The position numbers and the translations under genes are program-made. Under the pieces are notes generated by a model. The model was given only the letters and a program-made list of their open reading frames with translations. It made no database searches and had not been told where the DNA came from. From positions 62,001 through 126,000 of the forward strand of contig JAWMAR010001868.1 of assembly GCA_036785375.1 (NCBI GenBank): DNA of 64,000 nt, in the 5' to 3' direction. Positions 11,721 through 21,984 of the stretch are shown here, in pieces (position 1 is the stretch's first letter; the number at the start of each line of letters is the position of its first letter). This DNA comes from Leucoraja ocellata. Its lineage: Eukaryota.

Positions 11721-11867
11721 TACAATGATACAAACCCGTCTGAAGAAGGGTTTCGGCCCGAAACGTTGCCCTTTTCCTTCGCTCCGTAGATGCTGCTGCA
11801 CCCGCTGAGTTTCTCCAGCTTTTTTGTGTACCTTCGATTTTCCAGCATCTGCAGTTCCTTCTTAAAC
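11721..11867 (+). mobile_element. Penelope pLTR fragment with intact minimal hammerhead motif, in the IgM J-C intron
   Basis: 16-bp direct repeat ACAGTGATACAATGTT at 11705-11720 and 11868-11883; sequence matches the pLTR at 52590-52726. Confidence 0.8.
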
Positions 11868-12789
11868 ACAGTGATACAATGTTAATCATTCTTCCGTGCC
11901 GATCACATTGTAAGCGTAAACTCGTTTTAAAGATGCTGGAAACTGAACTGAATTGCATCAACATTAATTTTAATTGATTATTATTGATTTCATTGAGGCA
12001 ATGATGCACACAGACAAACATTTGAAACATGTGCCAATTTATTTAATTACGAAGTATTAACATGTTGTTACAATTTATATGTTACATTTAGTTTCCAGAA
12101 GTTGTGGTACACAACCTTTACTAATTCAGATATTATATTGAGGGAGTTCTTTTTAATCCTTACCAATGCAATCTCATACATGTTTTTAATCTGGTATGAA
12201 TGTAATGTTCTTGCCGGCTGGTTTGCTTTTTGGAATGTCCTTGCAATTACGGTCGACATAGAAATGATCGGTATATTTTCGTGAGTGATGGGACAACAAA
12301 ATACAGTTAAAAAGTAACATTTGAAGTGTGTTATTTGTCGCTACCATTTCAATCCCATCCACCCCCTTAGTTGGTTCCGTTCGATGGACACATTTAAGGC
12401 CAAATTACACGAACAAGATTGTGATTGTTTATTTTTTGTCTTCTCCCAAATTATGTTCGGGACCCGATGTGGAAAACCATAGCCATCCTTCCATTGTTTC
12501 TGATTTTATCGGATAATCTCTGAACCATTTATGACAAAAACTCTTCCCTCTTCCTTCAAATCAAAAGTTTAGCCACGGGCACTCTCAGTGGCCCAAGCGA
12601 AACCTACCAAAAATATTTAATTTTAATTAAATAAATGCAAATGTAATTTTGAACGTCAGTCAAACCCTCGTTTGAACCATTGATTTCAATTCCCACTCTG
12701 TTCACGGATTAGTGGGATAACTTTTCGATTCAAATAGCAGAGAAAATGTTGTTTCCAACATTGCACATCATTTCACCAATTTCCATTTA

Positions 12790-13250
12790 GTTGGGTACAC
12801 GGGACAACCCCTGACACAAACTGGCCGATTCCCCGAACTCTTCCTCCTGTACCCATGCAGAACTCATCGACTTCATTGTCTACAAACTTTGACCGTATGA
12901 TCAAATTCCCCGGGTCTATCCCCGACACATACCTCCCCTTTGTTGATCTCACCGTCTCCATCGCAGGAGATAGACTATCGACTGACGTAAATGACAAATC
13001 TACGGACTCCCACAGCTATCAGGACTACACCTCTTCCAACCTTGCCTCCTGCAAAGATTCTATGGTCTATTCCCAAATTCATCCATCTCTGTGCAACTGC
13101 TCCCAAGATGAGTTGTTCCATCCCAGGATATCCGAGGTCCTCATTCTTTAGGGAGCGGGTATTCTCCACTTTTACAATAGACGAGACTCTCACACATGTC
13201 TACACTGTATCCCGTAGATCCGCCCTTGCTCCATCATCCCCAGTCGCAAC
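12790..13250 (+). mobile_element. Penelope-like RT C-terminal fragment
   Basis: LPFVDLTVSIAGDRLSTDVNDKSTDSHSYQDYTSS...CKDSMVYSQ resembles the PLE RT motifs (LPFLD...YxKPTD...YLxxxSxHP). Confidence 0.7.
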
Positions 13251-13558
13251 AAGGAGTTTGGTGAGATTGTAACACATACGCCAACGTTAGTTATAGCCAG
13301 TGAGCATTCCTGAGAAATCCTGGGAATTTTACAGTAATTAATACTGGAGGCCTATCGATATATTTCCAACTCGAAATTGTGCGTACATTTGGCAGTAACT
13401 GCCAGATATTGGCACCCAAGACATTTTCAGCCAATGTTTTCCAAGGTGGGATCAAGGCGGAGTGATTAACTAATAGTGTGTGATACTCGGGTGAAGTTGC
13501 ATGAAATAGACAAGAGAGAGAGAGAGAGTTTAACATTCATGTGGCCTTTGCTTTGCAG

Positions 13559-13855
13559 CAGCTCCATCCGCGCCCAGTCCCTTCATTCTCTTCACCTGCG
13601 AGGATCAAGGCTCCAGTGGTTCGTTCACCTATGGTTGTTTGGCGTTGGGCTATTCCCCTGCGGGCGCCAGTGTTTCTTGGAAGAAAGATGATATAAAACT
13701 GGAGACCGGAGTGAAGGGCTACCCGGCAGTGTTCAATAAGTTGGGAACTTACACCCGGAGCAGCGAGTTAACCATCACCGAGGCGGCGGCAGCGGGAGGT
13801 GACATCTTCTGCGTGGTTCAGCACAACCAGAACGAGTATAAAGTGAAAGTACCAG
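13559..13855 (+). CDS. IGHM: IgM CH1 exon
   Basis: ttgcag| (A)APSAPSPFILFTCEDQGSSGSFTYGCLALGYSPAGASVSW...DIFCVVQHNQNEYKVKVP |GTTCGT; 297 nt; C1-set C/W/C pattern plus an N-terminal Cys at the position expected for the light-chain bond. Confidence 0.93.
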
Positions 13856-13871
13856 GTTCGTGTTGGGGTGG

Positions 13872-14335
13872 AGTTGAGAGTCGGGAGTCGAGAGTCAAGA
13901 ATGTTTTATTGTCATATGTCCCAGATAGAACAATGACATTTTTGCATGTATACACGCACACACACTCAAAACAAACAATAACAGTGCAATAATAATAATA
14001 ATAATAATCTATTGCAGTTCAGAGCATATGAGGTTGTAATGTTTAATAGCCTGATGGTTGTAGGGAAGAAGCTGTTCCTGAACCTAGACGTTACAGTTTT
14101 CAGGCTCCTGTACCTTCTTCCCGATGGCAGTGGTGAAATGAGTGTGTGGCCAGGATGGTGTGGGTCTCTGATGATGTTGGCTGCCTTTTTGATGATGGGG
14201 GGGGGGGGGGGGGTCGGTGGTCCGAGGGTCCGAGCCGGTTATGGACTGGGCAGGGGTCACAACCTTTTGCAATCTTTTCCGCTCCTGGATGTTCAAGTTG
14301 TCGAACCAGGCCGTGATGCAATCCATATATTTCGC
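13872..14335 (-). mobile_element. Rex1/Babar LINE 3' fragment just downstream of the CH1 donor
   Basis: ORF 14084..14347(-) CITAWFDNLNIQERKRLQKVV matches the Rex1 copy at 2956..3300. Confidence 0.75.
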
Positions 14336-15214
14336 GGGATTTGACAATTGAAGATAAGTACTTGACCTAATGTGCCCTGTTCGGTTTAATTCTTCATGTC
14401 ATACTGAATGTCGAACGCTCATCTGAGCTCCACGATCCACCTGGTCAAAGACAGACAATTCATGTCTATATAGTGATGTGAAAGTGTGGCTGCATCCACA
14501 GATGTGATGTAACATCTGGAACAATGATGAAACTCTATTCTCAACATAACCACCAAAGACCAAAAACACTTAAACCACCCGCCACATTATTCCAGCTCTT
14601 CGCTTTAAAAAAAAAATCAAACAACATCTGCTGTTGTTGTTTGGACAAAACGGCGAGTTGTGTTTCCAGGCACCGAGGGGCGAGAGCGATATTCATAATA
14701 CCGAAGCCTTCTTGTGATGGAACGAAAGGCGGTGCTTCAAATATCGAGACAATTCACCATTCACAAAATCCTAAAACATTAAAAAAAATCCTTGTAGAGA
14801 GCTTGAAAAGAGTGCTGATCAATTTATTATCATCACCAGCGCATCCATATAATTCGCGAGGAACTGATCTATACATAGATACGTTACATTTTAACTGGCG
14901 AACAATCGAAGCGGCTGAGTGCATCATGTTGAGAACATTATCAAGAATATTAAAAGCACAGACACAGTCACAGAGGACAAAAGCAGAACAGTCGGCCCAT
15001 TACATCCCTGTGACAACGACACCGAACTATAAGTTCCCCATTTACGAGCACTCGATGTACCAAGATAAACAAAGAATTTAGTAGCATCTCGGGAAGTCCA
15101 AGTGAGTGGACGGCTAATTTTAATCAAAAAATGTGATTTTATTTTTTGGTGAAAATATTGGGTGTCATTATTAATCGACGATGAGCAATTCCAATGAAGT
15201 TTATTTCCTTTCAG

Positions 15215-15532
15215 TCCGCGTGGTACATCATCCTACCGTCACCATTACCATAACTGCTCTTGATGAAATTAAGCGCAGCAGAAAGGCGATCGCCGTGTGT
15301 TTGGTCAACGATTTCACCCCAGCCAAATTTACTGTGAACTGGCTGAAGAATGGAAAGCCATTGGATTCTGGCATCGTCACCTCTCCCGCCTTCCAGGTGA
15401 ACGGTACCGGTAACTTCTCGGCGACCAGCCAGTTGACATTCACAGCTGAAGAGTGGTTCGGAGATTTCGTCTATACCTGCCAAGTCAACCATGAAAAAGA
15501 TTTGAAAAGCCAAAACATCAGTATGTCTTCAG
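15215..15532 (+). CDS. IGHM: IgM CH2 exon
   Basis: tttcag| VRVVHHPTV...AVCLVNDFTPAKFTVNWLKNG...YTCQVNHEKDLKSQNISMSS |GTAAGA; 318 nt. Confidence 0.95.
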
Positions 15533-15982
15533 GTAAGAAATACATCCGTGGTGTGTCTCGGGATATTAGTGTAAACATTAGCGCTCACGGTTGTTTTTTT
15601 ATTTGTACCTATTAATACTTCTACACCCCCCCCCCCCCCCCCCCCCCACCACCCAAACTCTCAGTCTAAAGGAGGGTCTCGACCAGAAACAGCATGTTAC
15701 ATTTTCTGCAGAGATGGTGCCTGACCCGCTGAGTTACAGTACTCCAGCTCTGCGTGTCTAGCGTGGTATAGCCCATGATGCGACCTCTCATTTCATTTAT
15801 TGTGTCGTTGTCTGCACAGAGACAAAAGTCAGTTCATGACGATTTAGGACCCATGTTCCCAGAATCACTAATCAGAAGGGGTCATGTACACATTCAAGTT
15901 TTGGGGGCGGATGATTGGTGTAAACCTTCGATCCCGGTTACTCCTGCAAATGCTTATGTTCACATTCATTATTGTGCCACAG

Positions 15983-16285
15983 ATGATGATTCCTGCGACA
16001 AACTGATTATTAAAATCCTTCCACCACAAGTTGAACAAGAGTTAATGGAGATGACCGTGACGTTAACCTGTCTGGTATCCGATGCACCTTATGGTATCAC
16101 AGTATCTTGGAAACGTGGGAATGTACATTTGGTATCATACATCCAGCCCACAGGACATGCAGATATCGTACAGAGCAAAGTCAACATTTCGACTCAAGAC
16201 TGGCTGAGTGGGGATTATTTCGAATGCGTGGTGAGCCATGGTAATATGCCAAAGCCAAAAACTGAACGAATCAACTGGAAGAAAG
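15983..16285 (+). CDS. IGHM: IgM CH3 exon
   Basis: ccacag| DDDSCDKLIIKILPP...LTCLVSDAPYGITVSW...DWLSGDYFECVVSH...INWKK |GTGAGC; 303 nt. Confidence 0.95.
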
Positions 16286-17397
16286 GTGAGCCGGTGTGGG
16301 CCAGAGGTGACTGGTGCACTTTTCTTCTGAGATAAAGCTAAAATAAATGATTGAGATCACTCCGTCGGCGAAGCAATATCTATGCAAAATGAAATAGTGC
16401 TAAAACTTCACTGAGTCCTTGGTCAGAGCTGGAAAAGAGAGAATACGAGATGACTTTGCATGAAATGAGTGTTGTAACTTGCAGGGATATAGGTTTGCCT
16501 ACCAAATTACCATGTGGTGATGGTGTCAGTAGATCGCAGATACTCTCGAGTTGCAGAAATGTCCGTTTCTGAGCTAGGCACATGAAACGAGTTATTCGAA
16601 AAAAAACAAAAACCTTCAAATGCCGTATATCGGAAAGACGTCAACTTAATGCAGAACATTTAATATTGGCTCCAATGGTCTGCATCTACACAAACGATCG
16701 GAGGAATGCCATTCTGAAAGCTTGCCATAGGGATTAGATATAACACCGAGGAAGACCGCAGACAAAGAGCCTAGAAGTGTTTTGTTTTCCATTTTGCTTG
16801 TATTGTCCAGGTCAAAATGGCCATTTCCAAATTCCCTTTTTACTCTCAACTCCGTCCAACATTATCTCTGCAACTTAAGAATGGGTCATTTCCCCACATC
16901 ATACAAAGGCATCTCTTTTTGCGTACACACTGTCTGACGTGCTCTTTGTTTCCTGCGACCCCTGAATTCATTTTACAATTCCATCATTTGCATCGATTTC
17001 GAAAACGCACTTCACAAAGCATCACCTTGTACGCTCAGCATTCTCCGCTGGCATCCACTAACTACTCCTGCCATGGGTTGATAACGTCTCATTCAACTGC
17101 ATTTAGCAATAAATGACAAAAGGAGCAGAGTCAACCATGGCCATCAGAAATAACACGGATCAGAGAGGGCGCTTGGCTTGATCTTGTGTTGTGAGTGTGT
17201 GAAGTGATTCATACAAATCTTCTGCCGTGCACAGGAGAGACGCACATTCAGGTGTATATGTCTGAACAAAGAGACAAGTCACAAAAGGGGAATGTAATGC
17301 CGTTAATACTGTCGGTTGGCAGTTTACTCACGGATATATTAGCTTTTAATCGCTTTAACCGTCTTGTATAATAAACGCAATTTCAATTGTTCCCTAG

Positions 17398-17789
17398 GTC
17401 AACATCTGCTGCCACCTTCCCTCTCAGTCCTTCTGCCGCCGACAGAAGAAATCTCCGCGCACAAGACTATCACCCTCACCTGCTTCGTGAGAGGATTCTC
17501 CCCTCGCAGGGTCTTCGTCACGTGGACACTTGATGACAAGCGGGTGGATGAGAGCAAGTACAAGAACACCGAGGTGGAGGCGGAGAACGGCAATGATACC
17601 TTCTTCACATACAGCCTGTTATCCGTTGGGGCAGAGGAGTGGGCTAGCGGAGCCTCCTTCTCCTGTCTAGTGGGGCACGAAGCACTCCCCATGAAGACCA
17701 TCGTCAGAACGGTCAATAAGTCCAGCGGTAAACCCAGTTTTGTCAACGTTTCCCTTGTATTAATGGACACTGTCAATTGCTGTCAATGA
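17398..17789 (+). CDS. IGHM: IgM CH4 exon plus secretory tailpiece
   Basis: ccctag| [15 protein letters not shown]...[17 protein letters not shown]...[11 protein letters not shown]...[22 protein letters not shown]. Internal donor G|GTAAAC at 17728 serves the membrane form; the tail has an NVS glycosylation site and a penultimate Cys. Confidence 0.96.
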
Positions 17790-17816
17790 GAATGAATTAG
17801 TTTCAAATTCCTCTGA

Positions 17817-17832
17817 AATAAATGCTAATAAA
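17817..17832 (+). terminator. Polyadenylation signals of secreted IgM mRNA
   Basis: AATAAA at 17817-17822 and 17827-17832, shortly after the stop codon. Confidence 0.75.
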
Positions 17833-18069
17833 TATCTTTAACCTCCAATCTTGAGCTGAACACGTGGCCACCCAATTAATTATATAAAACATTCTGTCAA
17901 AACGATGACTATATATTAACGTTGAACATTGAAAATCTTGGCGACAATTTACTGAAAACGCATGTAGACGGCACAGTAACGTCGGGGTTTTGGAGATAAG
18001 TCACAGCTGCACCACGGCACGCATCGCGGACACACTTCAACATTATCGCTCTTGCTGGACAGATATGGG

Positions 18070-18517
18070 NNNNNNNNNNNNNNNNNNNNNNNNNNNNNNN
18101 NNNNNNNNNNNNNNNNNNNNNNNNNNNNNNNNNNNNNNNNNNNNNNNNNNNNNNNNNNNNNNNNNNNNNNNNNNNNNNNNNNNNNNNNNNNNNNNNNNNN
18201 NNNNNNNNNNNNNNNNNNNNNNNNNNNNNNNNNNNNNNNNNNNNNNNNNNNNNNNNNNNNNNNNNNNNNNNNNNNNNNNNNNNNNNNNNNNNNNNNNNNN
18301 NNNNNNNNNNNNNNNNNNNNNNNNNNNNNNNNNNNNNNNNNNNNNNNNNNNNNNNNNNNNNNNNNNNNNNNNNNNNNNNNNNNNNNNNNNNNNNNNNNNN
18401 NNNNNNNNNNNNNNNNNNNNNNNNNNNNNNNNNNNNNNNNNNNNNNNNNNNNNNNNNNNNNNNNNNNNNNNNNNNNNNNNNNNNNNNNNNNNNNNNNNNN
18501 NNNNNNNNNNNNNNNNN
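18070..18517. other. Assembly gap (N run)
   Basis: 448 Ns. Confidence 1.
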
Positions 18518-19099
18518 AAAAGAAGGAATGAGAGAGGAAGATCCATATATTAATGATAAGAGAATGTAATGGCTCTTTTGATGCACATGATGCTGAATGT
18601 GTTCAGGAGCGTAGAGAAGAAACAGCCGATAGCAATTCAATGAAAGCAACGTAATGCTAAGTACAACTATGTGGAACGTAAAGAACAAGAATAAAGTGTC
18701 ACCATTATAGATTGTTCCCATGAAGTGGGCCATTTAACTCCGGCTCCAGAATGCTGTGGCAATCAGTTATTAAACGGGCATCACAATGTGTGCAGGCGAT
18801 TGATGGGATAACCGCTATGAGTGGCTCGTGAGAACACAAACTTAGATCCAAATATCAGATGCGGCTCGAGCATTAGACAAGGCCATGTCCGTTTCCAGTT
18901 CTCCCCCTGATGTACACGAAACTTACTCAGCACAAAACATCAGCAAGCGCACACAAATAAAATCATTTATGGGGTCGCATAGAAACATACATAAAACGCA
19001 ATTAACGACATGCTTAACCCATAGCACATGGACATCCACCTAAACACACCAGCAATCAAACATTCTTTGAAATACAAAATAATAGGAACGGTTAGCTAA

Positions 19100-19540
19100 A
19101 CCATATAAACCATATAACCATATAACAATTACAGCACGGAAACAGGCCATCTCGACCCTTCTAGTCCGTGCCGAACACATATTCTCCCCTTGTCCCATAC
19201 ACCTGCGTTCAGCCCATAATCTTCCATACCTTTCCCGTTCATATAACTATCCAATTTATTTTTAAATGATAAAAACGAACCTGCCTCCACCACCTTCACT
19301 GGAAGCTCATTCCACACAGCCACCACGCTCTGAGCAAAGAAGTTCCCCCTCATGTTACCCCTAAATTTCTGTCCCTTAATTCTCAAGTCATGTCCCCTTG
19401 TTTGAATCTTCCCTACTCTCAGTGGGAAAAGCTTATCCATGTCAACTCTGTCTATCCCTCTCATCATTTTAAAGACCTCTATCAAGTCCCCACTTAACCT
19501 TCCGCGCTCCAAAGAATAAAGCCCTAACTTGTTCAACCTT
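19100..19540 (-). mobile_element. CR1 LINE 3' end (second subfamily, AACCATAT-type tail on + strand)
   Basis: ORF 19129..19572(-) LGLYSLERGRLSGDLIEVFKMMRGIDRV; near-identical to 28110-28680 and 34200-34628. Confidence 0.9.
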
Positions 19541-19727
19541 GTAAAAGCGCATATTTGCACAAAAAAACACATTAATACAACACAAATGCATTTAGGCTCT
19601 CACTTTAATACCAATGGACTTTCAAAGCAAAATCCCTGTGTCAATAATACACGCTAGTAGATTTATTGGCTCATATTATATTTTTCTTCTGCATAAATGC
19701 TGATTGATGTCGAAATAGATTTTCCAC

Positions 19728-20027
19728 NNNNNNNNNNNNNNNNNNNNNNNNNNNNNNNNNNNNNNNNNNNNNNNNNNNNNNNNNNNNNNNNNNNNNNNNN
19801 NNNNNNNNNNNNNNNNNNNNNNNNNNNNNNNNNNNNNNNNNNNNNNNNNNNNNNNNNNNNNNNNNNNNNNNNNNNNNNNNNNNNNNNNNNNNNNNNNNNN
19901 NNNNNNNNNNNNNNNNNNNNNNNNNNNNNNNNNNNNNNNNNNNNNNNNNNNNNNNNNNNNNNNNNNNNNNNNNNNNNNNNNNNNNNNNNNNNNNNNNNNN
20001 NNNNNNNNNNNNNNNNNNNNNNNNNNN
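19728..20027. other. Assembly gap (N run)
   Basis: 300 Ns. Confidence 1.
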
Positions 20028-20721
20028 GTTAGAATTTAAGCAAACTTATACATGATGATACACATCTAGCTGGTTACAGGCAAACGGAAGGGCCAATCAG
20101 ATCATTTTTCCAGTAGTTTTCCCCGCGTTCCTAAAAACTAAGTATAACCGTAGATCATTCATGCTCCATATTTTACATTAGAAATATAATGCCTATCAAA
20201 TGGTTCAAAGTTATATTTGTGTACACAAGCCTTCCTCCATCTCCTAACCGAAAACAGGATACATCAGCCAACAGGGTTCTAATGTGGGAATGATGGCACA
20301 TTATTGGGAGCCAATGTTTCCATTCAGTGAGTTCCTTCACCGAGCTCCGGTCACCATATCCAAATACAGGGTTATCTGATAACATTGTAAGCAATAACCA
20401 GCTCCAAGTGTTATACCATCCTGGTTAGTAAAATATATTAATGGGAAGCGGACGTTTATAGAATGAGTAATGAATCCCAGAAAGATGCAAACACATTGCT
20501 TTCCCCAAACTATTCATAAACGGCTGTTTATTAGCAGCTGTGTCTACAAGTGGCCATGGTTGTGGATACAATTGTTGAGGATGGATGATCACCTCAATGT
20601 AAAAACAGCTCATAGGAAATTAATATCCCTAATATTAATATCCCTATTATTTTGGTAAATAATAAATACAATACAATGATTAGAATATATTGTGAACGTC
20701 TTCGCGTTCTGCTTTGCGTAG

Positions 20722-20849
20722 ATTACGCCGACAACGTTCCTCTAGAGGACTATGAGGAAGACAGAGACAATATCTGGACAACCGCTTCCACATTCATTAT
20801 CTTGTTCTTCCTGAGCATTTCCTACGGTGCTGCCGTAACTCTGGTGAAG
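20722..20849 (+). CDS. IGHM: IgM TM1 exon
   Basis: gcgtag| DYADNVPLEDYEEDRDNIWTTASTFIILFFLSISYGAAVTLVK |GTGAGT; acidic spacer plus conserved antigen-receptor transmembrane motif; phase matches the donor at 17728. Confidence 0.95.
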
Positions 20850-20983
20850 GTGAGTCCATTGCACTTACTTTTCCACCTGATTGAAGTGTAGGGCAAAATA
20901 GCGATTGTCCTACTCATTGGATGTCCTGGCATCTTAGTCACAGACTGCTAATACACTTTCATATTCTCTCCCTCTCTTTACAG

Positions 20984-20992
20984 GTCAAGTGA
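20984..20992 (+). CDS. IGHM: IgM TM2 exon (VK-stop, giving the KVK cytoplasmic tail)
   Basis: Polypyrimidine tract + tacag| GTC AAG TGA; AATAAA at 21157-21162. Confidence 0.92.
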   Translation, partial: VK

Positions 20993-21984
20993 CGATTGAA
21001 TGTTGAAAACCGCGTATTTATCTGACCGGTCTATGGACGTCGTTGTAACCAAGGGAAATGTTCAAATCAGAAGCGGACAATGTCATAAACAATAGTTCAT
21101 TCTGTCTATCTGGCTTGTTTGATATTGCCTAGTTGCCTTTCGTATAGCGTTAATGTAATAAAATATTTAAATCGTAATTTGAATATTATGTGAAAATAAG
21201 TCAATTTTCTCAAACGGTAGACGTTTCTTTTCTTCTTTTTATCTTTTTTTCTATACATTCTCTTTTTCTTTAGCATGGGCCATATTTGTGTCCTTCTGGT
21301 GTTGAATGCCGTTGTATAGAAAGTCGGGAACGCTGTTTGTGTGAGATCGTAATCTTCATGTTAAATTCAGACACACTATCTATGCCTGTCATTATTCTAA
21401 CAACTTCTACCATGTCCCACTTCAACCTCCGATGCGCCAAAGAAAACAATCCATGTTTGCCTCTTCTAGCTAATAATTCTAACCCGGGCTGCAGCATTCT
21501 AGTAAACCTCTTCTGCATCTTCTCCAAAGCCTCCACATTATCCCCTTGAAGGGACGACCTGACCTCCAAGTGCGGCCTAACCGAAGGCCTGTAAATAAAT
21601 GTCATGTAAATGCACGTGTAAATACATACCCAACAATCCAACGCGTGTGCACATATGAGCAAATATCTATTTACTCCTTTTCTGCTCAATTGTCCTTTCC
21701 TTAATTCAGAGCTAACCTTTGACTCTCGAGCCACATCTTCAATGTACCTGGTCTCAGTGTGGAATTCAGTTGTTTTGACCACTTCGTGTTATGCTTTTAA
21801 AAAGGTCTCTGTAATGTGTTTCTGTTAAATCACAAATAAAAGCGGAACTACAAAAGCCTAACCTGGTTTGCTATATTTGTTTCTCGAAGGAACCAGCACC
21901 TTACGATAAATGCGCACTCGTATTTCATCGCGTTCCACCATTTCCCTCAATATATTTTCTCTCAGATCGTCACTGGCGAGTAGT

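Larger units (their letters stand above)
8823..20992 (+). pseudogene. IGHM: Cluster-type IgM heavy-chain gene with pre-joined VDJ; junction out of frame as assembled (pseudogene, non-productive join or 1-nt assembly error)
   Basis: Leader, VDJ, CH1-CH4+secretory tail, TM1 and TM2 exons in order with GT/AG sites and consistent phases. Cys codon 9335 to J Trp codon 9364 is 29 nt (not a multiple of 3); the V frame stops at TGA 9383-9385. Gene identity is near certain; pseudogene status is less so. Confidence 0.7.

Noticed and set aside
11867-11873. CACAGTG heptamer in the J-C intron as a residual RSS
   Set aside because: It is created by the Penelope insertion/TSD junction, and there is no nonamer at 12 or 23 bp.
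14524-15081. 185-aa ORF in the CH1-CH2 intron as an extra exon or nested gene
   Set aside because: No Ig-domain C/W/C pattern or other recognisable motif; CH1 and CH2 splice in phase without it.
17909-20032. Long ORFs containing X runs
   Set aside because: They read through assembly gaps.
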